NCBI GenBank assembly: GCA_030587475.2
Contig: JAUQYZ020000068.1
Span: 1 to 13,195, forward strand
Direction of reading: 5' to 3'
Source: Candidatus Sigynarchaeum calidifontis
GTDB taxonomy: Archaea > Asgardarchaeota > Lokiarchaeia > Sigyniarchaeales > Sigyniarchaeaceae
Length of the DNA: 13,195 nt
Shown here: piece by piece, positions 1-6,928 of the stretch
Layout: every line of letters starts with the position of its first letter
How positions within the stretch are numbered: the first letter of the stretch is position 1
Position numbers and translations under genes: made by a program
Notes under the pieces: model-generated
Seen by the model: only the letters and a program-made list of their open reading frames with translations
Told to the model about the DNA's origin: nothing
The model's database searches: none

Positions 1-45
1 CGCGTAAGTGAGCAGTACCATGGCGTGGAAGATCATCATGAACAT
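1..45 (-). CDS. 5' part of a probable membrane protein running off the left edge (MFMMIFHAMVLLTYA...), or the continuation of 58..294 past an internal stop
   Basis: ATG at 45 (cat at 43-45). The frame is open and hydrophobic to the window edge and is the same frame as 58..294. Confidence 0.4.
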   Translation of the reverse strand, partial: MFMMIFHAMVLLTYA

Positions 46-57
46 CCCGGTCTCGCC

Positions 58-294
58 TTAGATCGTGTAGAAATCCCGGAGCGGCGTCCACGCGTCCGCG
101 CTATCGATGCTGAATAAAATAAAGATCACAAAAAGAATAACGCTGGCAATCATGACAACGACTTTCTGCCGCTTGCTATCCAACACCTTCTTGAAAAATC
201 GCGAGAACAAGATGATCAAAAAGACCACGATGAAGATCGCGGCTAAAACCAGCGGGATCAGCTTGTTGGGGTCTATCGGATCTATAAATGCCAT
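58..294 (-). CDS. Small membrane protein with 2 TM helices, hypothetical (possibly an N-terminal fragment)
   Basis: Two hydrophobic stretches (LIPLVLAAIFIVVFLIILF; VVVMIASVILFVIFILFSI) are separated by a basic loop (RFFKKVLDSKRQK), consistent with the positive-inside rule. Confidence 0.7.
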   Translation of the reverse strand: MAFIDPIDPNKLIPLVLAAIFIVVFLIILFSRFFKKVLDSKRQKVVVMIASVILFVIFILFSIDSADAWTPLRDFYTI

Positions 295-332
295 GACAAC
301 ACCGGATAACGATCCAAGCTCCGCCGCCGTGG

Positions 333-350
333 TTCATAAGCCTTTTTTAT
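333..350 (-). promoter_or_regulatory. Putative BRE/TATA-like promoter element for 58..294
   Basis: The minus strand reads ATAAAAAAGGCTTATGAA about 40 nt upstream of ATG 294: an A-rich tract followed by a weak TATA-like CTTATGAA. Confidence 0.3.
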
Positions 351-356
351 GGGCTT

Positions 357-1346
357 TCAAGGATACTTGTTTCCACAGAAAATGCAGTACTGCGACCATT
401 CTTGCTGGCGAGGCTTCCCGCAATTGATGCAAAATGCCACCTTCGGCTTTTTCCAGGAGGAGGATTCGGTGTACGGGATTTCTGCGACGACGCGCTGCTC
501 CATGGGTTGTTCTTGGACCGGCGGGCTGGGACTCACGTTCCGGGAGGGACGCTCGGTGGCCAATTGACTCGTGTCGGGACGCAATGCCGGTGTCGCAGGG
601 AGCGGCGAGGGCTTGTTACTCTTCAGCTGCAGCTCCTTCTCCCCGAGCGCCTTCTTGAGCTGTTCATTTTCTTGCTCGGCCGCGGCGAGCTTCGCTGACA
701 CGACCTTGAGATTCTCCTCGAGCTGGACGAGCTTCTCGGAGTACATCTTCCGGATCTCGTTCACGAACGCGGGAAGATCGAAGCTCGATACGAGGTTTTG
801 TACCTGCTTGAGGCTTGCATCGACCGATTGCTTGATCCGCGAGGCTTCTTCCGCCGGAGCCGCTGCGATGGCATCGACTTTCACGGCCAAACCCTCGATG
901 CGGGCCGCGAGCGCTGCCCGGGCGAGCTCGCCGTTGGTTCGCACGGCCTCGATTTCTTCATGGATCCGGGCAATGTCTACATCGGCGTGATCGCGCCCCT
1001 TTGTCTCGATCTCGCTCTTCAAGCTCGCGATCTTGGCATCTACCTTTTCCATAACCGATTCCCCGAAGCCCGCGATCTTGGCAAGGAGTATCACCTTGGA
1101 ATCTTCCATGCTCGAGGATAGCTTCTCGATCTCGTCTTGTATCTTGCTGACCTCGCGAAATATCTCGTCATGTGTCTGGCGATCGATGTCCTTGCGGAGG
1201 GCGACGAGCTTCACGTCAAGATTTTCCTTGATGGATTTGATGAGGGAGAGTATCTTGCCCTCCTCGTCCGCGGACTCGCCGAGGGCTCGCAAGGGCCGGT
1301 TTGGAATCTCCTGGAGGGGAGGCTTGGAGCGCTGTTCTTCGGCCAT
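357..1346 (-). CDS. Coiled-coil protein with a Pro-rich linker and a C-terminal zinc ribbon
   Basis: Helical E/K/L/A-rich region at aa ~30-243, a Pro/Ser-rich linker at aa ~245-282, and FCINCG-x-YCIFCG (C306, C309, C321, C324; CxxC-x11-CxxC) at the C-terminus. Confidence 0.85.
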   Translation of the reverse strand: MAEEQRSKPPLQEIPNRPLRALGESADEEGKILSLIKSIKENLDVKLVALRKDIDRQTHDEIFREVSKIQDEIEKLSSSMEDSKVILLAKIAGFGESVMEKVDAKIASLKSEIETKGRDHADVDIARIHEEIEAVRTNGELARAALAARIEGLAVKVDAIAAAPAEEASRIKQSVDASLKQVQNLVSSFDLPAFVNEIRKMYSEKLVQLEENLKVVSAKLAAAEQENEQLKKALGEKELQLKSNKPSPLPATPALRPDTSQLATERPSRNVSPSPPVQEQPMEQRVVAEIPYTESSSWKKPKVAFCINCGKPRQQEWSQYCIFCGNKYP

Positions 1347-1409
1347 TCGGGATACACCATGCTTTCAATGCATGATTTCGACAAAGGCTTGATCGAGCCC
1401 AATTCTTAT

Positions 1410-1417
1410 CATATAAA
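1410..1417 (-). promoter_or_regulatory. Putative archaeal TATA box for 357..1346
   Basis: TTTATATG on the minus strand in the short intergenic gap, about 64 nt upstream of ATG 1346. Confidence 0.45.
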
Positions 1418-1426
1418 TGCAGCCTT

Positions 1427-2167
1427 TTAACACCCACTCGAAAAAAAGCGGCGGAGAACCGATTCGAGATAGGTCGGGGTGACTTTTTGCAAAGATGGAA
1501 TTGCCTCGAACTCGCCCTTGCCGCGCCCGGATAAAGGATCCCTGGATATCAAGATCCCTGGAATCCCGGCGTTTCTCGCGGTCTCCATGTCGATGGAGGA
1601 ATCTCCGATAAGCACGGTGCGTTTCGTGAAATCCTCCTCGTGCTTCGCCCTGGCCATGGCTTGCAAGTGGAAGATGCCCCAGGGTTCTGGCTTTGCCCGA
1701 GATTGATCGTAGCCGTCGATGTCGAGGGCCAACACGTCGTCGAAATACTTGGCGATGTCGAAATGCTTCAGCTGGTATCTAGCGAGCTTTACAGGCGTGT
1801 TCGTGTGCACGGCGAGCACGACCTGGCCAGATGTAAACAATGACCATAAAGCAGGAACGCTGTCGGGAAACAAGGTGATTTTTTTGGCCTGGATAGCCGT
1901 TGACCTCGCCTCGAAATCCAGCCGGTCGAAGATGTCCCAAAAGGCTCTGGGATCCGTCACGCCCCATGATCGTAGCAAGATAGCATGATCCTTGCCTGCC
2001 CGCCATAAAGCATCACGCTCCGCGGGTGGTGGAGCTGCGATACCAAGGTCCTGGAAACTTTTAACGAGCAGAGCGTCGAAATCGATGGCATTACCGAGGT
2101 CAATCAATGTCCCGTCCACGTCGAATATGACGAGAACTTTTCGGGTGTCGATCACGATTGAATGCAC
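1427..2167 (-). CDS. HAD-superfamily hydrolase (phosphoglycolate phosphatase-like, C1 cap)
   Basis: Motif I FDVDGTL, motif II HTN, motif III KPEP and motif IV GDSSID. GTG start, with an alternative GTG at 2155. Confidence 0.92.
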   Translation of the reverse strand: MHSIVIDTRKVLVIFDVDGTLIDLGNAIDFDALLVKSFQDLGIAAPPPAERDALWRAGKDHAILLRSWGVTDPRAFWDIFDRLDFEARSTAIQAKKITLFPDSVPALWSLFTSGQVVLAVHTNTPVKLARYQLKHFDIAKYFDDVLALDIDGYDQSRAKPEPWGIFHLQAMARAKHEEDFTKRTVLIGDSSIDMETARNAGIPGILISRDPLSGRGKGEFEAIPSLQKVTPTYLESVLRRFFSSGC

Positions 2168-2175
2168 CAGGTACG

Positions 2176-2255
2176 TAAAATAGATGGATTGATGTAAAAT
2201 AGATGGAATAGATCCAATAGATGGATTGATCTAAAATAGATGGAATAGATTGATC
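2176..2255. repeat. Intergenic nested tandem repeat: two 37-bp units built from AATAGAT(GG)-like subunits
   Basis: Units 2179-2215 and 2216-2252 are identical at 34 of the first 35 positions. AATAGATGGA occurs at 2179, 2198, 2216 and 2235. TAAAATAGATGGA occurs at 2176, 2195 and 2232. Confidence 0.95.
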
Positions 2256-2282
2256 ATCAGACGTGATGGTGGCGGGATTTAA

Positions 2283-3461
2283 ATGAATAGTACGAGCAGC
2301 CGGGATGCACTGGACAGCGAAATCTCCGTCGTCGTCCCGAATTTCAACGATGCAATTCTGTCCTTGGTTTTTTTCCATCAATCTATCCCGCTATTGCGCT
2401 ATGACTTCAAGCGCTCGGGCGATTTCAAGCAACAAGGCTATAACTTCAACGAAGAGCTCTTGTCGGGCATGATCACGGCAATCCTCACGGTCTCATCTGC
2501 AATTGATCCAGAGGGTAAATCACTGCTTCGCAAGATCGACCAGACCTCGTACTCGATCCTGGTCACCATGGGAAAAAAATGTGGCTTGTGTCTCATCGCG
2601 CTCAAGGACGAAAACGAGCAAATCCTCCGGGAGTTTTCCAGCTATTTACTTTCCGAATTCGAACGCCGTTACGCGTCATTGCTCTTCTCCGAGGAAAAAA
2701 TCTCCTTTGACAAGGACATGTTCCTGGATTTCATACCCATCATCAAGAAAACCGCCGAGATCCCGGTTGCCATTTCGCCGGATCTTCTCGTCGACTTGTT
2801 ACCGCCCATCCGGGCGCTGGCACCGTCCGTGAACGTCGTGATATGCGACAAGCTCGTGTTCATGCCCATTTTCAAGCAGATCTCGGATTACATCACACCG
2901 AACGAGCTTCAAGACTTGCGCACGTTCTTGAAAGAGATTATTTTTGGCTCGAGCAAGTTCCTCGACCTGGTCCAGAAATTCGGGCCGATGGAGACGATCA
3001 CGCTCACGACGGCGAAAAAACGCGTGTATATCGCCAACTTGAATCCGTTTTACGTGATCTTGTTCGCGAACCGGAAGATCCCGGAATCGCAAATCGAGCA
3101 GCTGCTGCAAACGCTCAGCGACGCGGTCCTGAACACCCTCGTCTTGTCGACCAGGCAAAAGGTGCTGCTCTACAAGGGGATCGACTTGCTCACGGACGCG
3201 TTTCCCGATCTCGATCAAGTCGTCGCCCGTGCCCAGATCATAAAAGCCTTGAAGGAATACCAGCGAGAACGTAACATGTTGTTCCGCATCGTAGACCAGT
3301 ATCCAATCGCGGACAAGAAAGCCGTCCTCGAGGACTTGATGAAGTTTTTGAGCGGGCGGCTTCCCGGCTATTTCGACAAGGTCGTAGGCTTCACTATAAA
3401 GTTCGACGACTTGTCGAAACGATTTATTGAGCTGTACGACGAGCTGAATGAGGTTCACTAG
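2283..3461 (+). CDS. Longin-like domain + roadblock/MglB-like domain + C-terminal helical domain protein (Asgard eukaryotic-signature-type)
   Basis: aa ~24-156 has a longin-type b-b-a-b-b-b-a-a pattern (ILSLVFF, IPLLRYDF, NEELLSGMITAI, LRKIDQTSYSILV, LCLIA, LLSEFERRY). aa ~165-287 has a roadblock-type a-b-b-a-b-b-b-a pattern (VNVVICD, FGPMETITLTTAKKRVYIANL, YVILFAN). The CDS itself is secure; the domain calls are by pattern recognition. Confidence 0.75.
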   Translation: MNSTSSRDALDSEISVVVPNFNDAILSLVFFHQSIPLLRYDFKRSGDFKQQGYNFNEELLSGMITAILTVSSAIDPEGKSLLRKIDQTSYSILVTMGKKCGLCLIALKDENEQILREFSSYLLSEFERRYASLLFSEEKISFDKDMFLDFIPIIKKTAEIPVAISPDLLVDLLPPIRALAPSVNVVICDKLVFMPIFKQISDYITPNELQDLRTFLKEIIFGSSKFLDLVQKFGPMETITLTTAKKRVYIANLNPFYVILFANRKIPESQIEQLLQTLSDAVLNTLVLSTRQKVLLYKGIDLLTDAFPDLDQVVARAQIIKALKEYQRERNMLFRIVDQYPIADKKAVLEDLMKFLSGRLPGYFDKVVGFTIKFDDLSKRFIELYDELNEVH

Positions 3462-3473
3462 GCCGGAGACTTA

Positions 3474-3493
3474 GAAAAAAGGATATTTTAAAA
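3474..3493 (-). terminator. Oligo-T terminator region between convergent genes
   Basis: The minus strand reads TTTTAAAATATCCTTTTTTC just downstream of the flavin reductase stop codon. Confidence 0.5.
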
Positions 3494-3498
3494 CGGCT

Positions 3499-4056
3499 TC
3501 ATTTCTTCGAGAAGCCCATGCGCCCGATGAGCTTGCCGAGGCTCCAGTACTCGCCGTTACAGAACGCGAGCGGCTTGATCTCGCTCACGTCGATCTTTCC
3601 CGTGTGTCCGCTCACTCCTACCGCGACTATCTCGCCCAGGAACATGTGATGGCTTTTCGAATAGTCCTTGATCACGCGGACGAGCTTGCATTCGAGGTTG
3701 ACCGGGCATTCCATGATGACGGGTGATTCCACCTTGCTGGCCTTCCCGGCGGTGAGGCCACATTCCTTGAATTTATCCTTTGATTTACCCGACACGGACC
3801 CGCAATAATCGACAGCACGAGCTTGGTCTTCATTTGGAATGTTGACGACGAAATCGCCGGTTTCAAGAATGAGATTGTAGGAAAAACGGGATGGCCTGAT
3901 GCAAATGCCGACCATCGGCGGCTCGGAAGAGATGATCCCGACCCATGCAAGGGTGATGATGTTGTGCTTCTTGCCATCCTTTGACGTGCACGAGACCATG
4001 ACCGGGGGGATCGGGAACATGCCCGTGTCTGCATCGATGATTTTTTTTTCGCTCAT
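3499..4056 (-). CDS. Flavin reductase-like FMN-binding protein (flavoredoxin/DIM6-NTAB family)
   Basis: Family motifs PxPPVMVSC, NIITLAW, SEPPMVGICIRPSRFS, GDFVVNIP, DYCGSVSG..DKF, ECPVNLECK and SHHMFLGEIV. Confidence 0.93.
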   Translation of the reverse strand: MSEKKIIDADTGMFPIPPVMVSCTSKDGKKHNIITLAWVGIISSEPPMVGICIRPSRFSYNLILETGDFVVNIPNEDQARAVDYCGSVSGKSKDKFKECGLTAGKASKVESPVIMECPVNLECKLVRVIKDYSKSHHMFLGEIVAVGVSGHTGKIDVSEIKPLAFCNGEYWSLGKLIGRMGFSKK

Positions 4057-4059
4057 TGT

Positions 4060-5262
4060 TTATTCTGCCTCCAATTTCTTTATTACCTCGATCGTGACCC
4101 GCACCGCGTCTTGCAGCGTCTTCTCGTCGCAGACGGCGGGGGTATCTTTCCCCGAGTGCGTGTACCTGGCAGTCTTCTCGTTGATGATATCGATGATCTC
4201 GGCCCCGTGAACCCGGAATATCCAGCCGTCCGTTGTCCCGAGCATCGGAAGCCAAAAACTACCCACGGGGATGCCCAGGTCTTTCGCAGCACCGATAAAT
4301 AAAGTGTTGAGCCGCTTGTTGTACGGTTTTCCCTTGGGCAGGCCAAACTTCGCGATGTGGCTGAGCCCCTGGGCAACCATGTCGAAATTGAAGACAAACG
4401 TACGGGCCGGGTCGAGCTCCTTGTTCTCGGTCGCGTGTTTGCGCCAGAACTCGATGGCACCGGACATGCCCCATTCCTCGGCTCCCGTGATCAGGAACCA
4501 GAGATTCGCCTTGGATACGGGTGACTTGCCAAAGTGCTCGAGTAGTTTAAAAACGATTGCCATTCCCGTGGCGTTATCGAGGCTACCGAGGGATTTTCCC
4601 TCGATCGTCTTGTTGACAAGGAGCACGCAGAGGAAAGGGAGATTGCAGCACAGGAGCACGACGAGCACCCAGAAAACGTCGTGTGTCATGGGCATGCCAG
4701 CGATCTTGACGATGGAGGAGATGATGATCATGAACCCCATCGCGAGGCTGATGAGAAAACCGAACACGTAGCTGACCGTGCGCACGAGGGTGACGACCAC
4801 CTGGCTCTTCGTGTCGTGGTGAGCGACGAAGATGATGTCCTTGGTGGCGCCTTCCACCTTGGCAGGCAGCTTCGCGAAGATGTTATACGTTTGTTGCACC
4901 TTGCCCATGGTTGCAAACGAGTCCGTCTTGCTCTGCTGGGAACCAACTGCAAACACGACGGCGGCGAGCAGTATGACGATGAAGATCAAGTTTGCCCATG
5001 CTTGGTGGAACCATTCGAGAACAAGTCCTATGAATAACCCGCCGAAAATGATCATGACCACGAGCCTGATGAGCACGTTGGTCGAAAACGTACTCCACGG
5101 GACGGGCTCGATGACGGCTTCATGGCCTAGGTCCTTGAACTTGCCAACAAGGTATTCCTTGCACTTGACCTCGTCGTTGGACGTGCCCGAGAGCCGGGGG
5201 TACGCGAGGTCCTGGATGAGTTGCATCATGTCGAATGTGTGCTTGCTTGACATGCTCTCCAT
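4060..5262 (-). CDS. Membrane-embedded M28-family metallopeptidase
   Basis: PRLSGT, AHHDTK, GSLDNATG, GAEEWG, NFDMV and YTHSGKDT motifs are present, with two inserted TM hairpins. Confidence 0.9.
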   Translation of the reverse strand: MESMSSKHTFDMMQLIQDLAYPRLSGTSNDEVKCKEYLVGKFKDLGHEAVIEPVPWSTFSTNVLIRLVVMIIFGGLFIGLVLEWFHQAWANLIFIVILLAAVVFAVGSQQSKTDSFATMGKVQQTYNIFAKLPAKVEGATKDIIFVAHHDTKSQVVVTLVRTVSYVFGFLISLAMGFMIIISSIVKIAGMPMTHDVFWVLVVLLCCNLPFLCVLLVNKTIEGKSLGSLDNATGMAIVFKLLEHFGKSPVSKANLWFLITGAEEWGMSGAIEFWRKHATENKELDPARTFVFNFDMVAQGLSHIAKFGLPKGKPYNKRLNTLFIGAAKDLGIPVGSFWLPMLGTTDGWIFRVHGAEIIDIINEKTARYTHSGKDTPAVCDEKTLQDAVRVTIEVIKKLEAE

Positions 5263-5276
5263 GTCTCATACCGAGG

Positions 5277-5284
5277 AAAAAAAA
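5277..5284 (-). terminator. T8 tract after the LysE gene, a probable archaeal intrinsic terminator
   Basis: A8 on the plus strand (T8 on minus), 8 nt downstream of the stop at 5293. Confidence 0.5.
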
Positions 5285-5292
5285 GGATTGCT

Positions 5293-6027
5293 TCATGGCT
5301 TGAAGCCCGTGATGCCACTGATGACGAACCATACCCCTAAACCGAGTAAGAACAAGTTTGTTGCCACGAGAATGACCGTGTATGCCTTGATGTTGATCCG
5401 CTTCTTGCCGAGGCTCACGATGCCCGATAGAAACGTGAACCAGACATAGTCAGTCAATACATGCCCGACGTAGAACGTGATGAAAACAAAAAAGTCCGCG
5501 AACACCTCCAGGCTCAGCGTGCTCGACAGCTGCGTCGCTCCAAGCCCGATCGTCGCCCACCACCCCCACCAGCCCGGGCTCGCCGCGCTCAAGGCAAAAC
5601 CAAGCGCGATTGGTCGCATGAGCGGGTGAAACCGGGAATATTTCAAGCCCGACGCATCCATGGTCAAATCCTGGGATTTTTCGAGCAACGTGGCCATTCC
5701 ATCCGCGCTCTTCCGCGTTGCTTTCAACCCGAGGAGCCCGAAAAAGACAAGGGCACTCCCTCCGACGAGGCTGATAACCAGCATCACGAGCGGGATCTTG
5801 AAGAAAAACGATGCACCGAACCAGAGGGCGAACATCAAGGAGATCTCGAGGATTGCGTGCCCGGATGCGATGCAGGTGCCGACGAGCCAACCACGGCCGC
5901 GCTTCATGTACTTGAGGGTCTCGTTGATGGTCATGGTCGTGACTGGCCCGGGCATCATTGCCCCCGAGAGCCCGATCAGGAAGCTAGCGCCGAAGATGAT
6001 GAAAAATTCCATGATAGTCACGTGCAT
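5293..6027 (-). CDS. LysE-family translocator (membrane exporter)
   Basis: Motifs GLSGAMMPGP, GHAILE, SPGWWGWWATIG and GHVLTDYVWF, with about 6 TM segments. GGAGGT at 6030-6035 (minus) suggests the real start may be GTG 6021 or ATG 6012. Confidence 0.9.
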   Translation of the reverse strand: MHVTIMEFFIIFGASFLIGLSGAMMPGPVTTMTINETLKYMKRGRGWLVGTCIASGHAILEISLMFALWFGASFFFKIPLVMLVISLVGGSALVFFGLLGLKATRKSADGMATLLEKSQDLTMDASGLKYSRFHPLMRPIALGFALSAASPGWWGWWATIGLGATQLSSTLSLEVFADFFVFITFYVGHVLTDYVWFTFLSGIVSLGKKRINIKAYTVILVATNLFLLGLGVWFVISGITGFKP

Positions 6028-6618
6028 CTACCTCCACTTGCGTGCTGCCTCGAGGTCGAGGAGTGCTTGCTTGATCCGCAGCGATGTGCCTTGTACGTCG
6101 CCGGAATAGCCGCCAAGACCAGCCCGAGACACGACCCGGTGGCAAGGGATGACGATCGGGAAGGGATTGCGACGCATGACGTTGCCAACCGCCCGTGCAG
6201 CGCCCGGCACGCCCGCTTTCGCCGCGAGCTCCGCGTACGTGGTCGTTTCGCCCGCCTTGGTCTTGAGCAGAGCCTCGATGACCCGCCTCGTGAATGGAGT
6301 CGACAAGTACTTGGCGAGTGATGCTTCACCCAGCGTCGAGGTGTCCGGCATTCCCTTGCCGTGCAAGAACGCATCGATGGATTCGAGCAAACGCTTCGCG
6401 TTCCCGCTCAATCCGCCAGACGATCGTCCCTTGCTGCACCCATTGCATTCGCCGGCGTTGAAGCCTTGGATCTTGTACTCGATCGCGATTGGATCCCCCG
6501 TGGTAGAATCCCCGAGCACGCACACCTCAACGCCGTTCAGGCCAGGAAAGGCTACGCATCCCTTTTCGATTGTCATGTCCATCGAGCTCGCGACATGCAA
6601 CGAAAGCGACCGTGGCAT
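6028..6618 (-). CDS. ogt: Methylated-DNA--protein-cysteine methyltransferase (O6-alkylguanine-DNA alkyltransferase)
   Basis: [15 protein letters not shown], the ARAVG HTH motif, the [13 protein letters not shown] active site (C159), GLGGYSG and KQALLDLE. Confidence 0.95.
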   Translation of the reverse strand: MPRSLSLHVASSMDMTIEKGCVAFPGLNGVEVCVLGDSTTGDPIAIEYKIQGFNAGECNGCSKGRSSGGLSGNAKRLLESIDAFLHGKGMPDTSTLGEASLAKYLSTPFTRRVIEALLKTKAGETTTYAELAAKAGVPGAARAVGNVMRRNPFPIVIPCHRVVSRAGLGGYSGDVQGTSLRIKQALLDLEAARKWR

Positions 6619-6928
6619 TTCTTGGTTCCGGTTTGTTGCGAGGAGCGAGAAAAAGGGAAACCTTAACTTGCTAGCCGAAATGATTGATTTACCATTTCCA
6701 CAATGCGTGTTGCCTCTCGGGAATCAAATCCCTTGGCCTACCGCCAGAGATCTTCTTTGATGCGAGTTCCATCCACTTCACGGCCTTGGCCGGTTTTGCC
6801 GGTCGTGAACATCGTACGTAAGGTGACATGGTTCATGACCGAATAGGATTTCAACATTGGCCAAGTCTTGTTTCGATGCTTGCGAGCAGAGCAATTCGTT
6901 TTTTACCAGCCACGCCCTTCGATCTTCC

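Noticed and set aside
1427-1450. C-terminal Cys (SSGC in the HAD protein, QASC in the beta-helix protein) as a prenylation signal
   Set aside because: Neither is a CaaX, CC or CXC motif, and there is no supporting context.
2176-2255. CRISPR array
   Set aside because: The 37-bp unit length is CRISPR-like, but the units abut with no unique spacers, are internally repetitive, and no cas genes are present.
6025-6030. TAG read-through (pyrrolysine) producing an Ogt-LysE fusion
   Set aside because: The two ORFs are in frame, but Ogt ends at its normal family C-terminus and LysE has its own SD. TAG also acts as an ordinary stop at 3459, 8330 and 11454.
6710-6740. tRNA-like T-arm GGGATTTGATTCCCG on the minus strand
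   Set aside because: It lacks the TTC motif, and no D arm, anticodon arm or matching acceptor stem could be built.
6857-6928. TTG-start N-terminal extension of the isochorismatase
   Set aside because: The extension does not look like protein sequence and contains the TATA-like T tract. ATG 6929 fits better.
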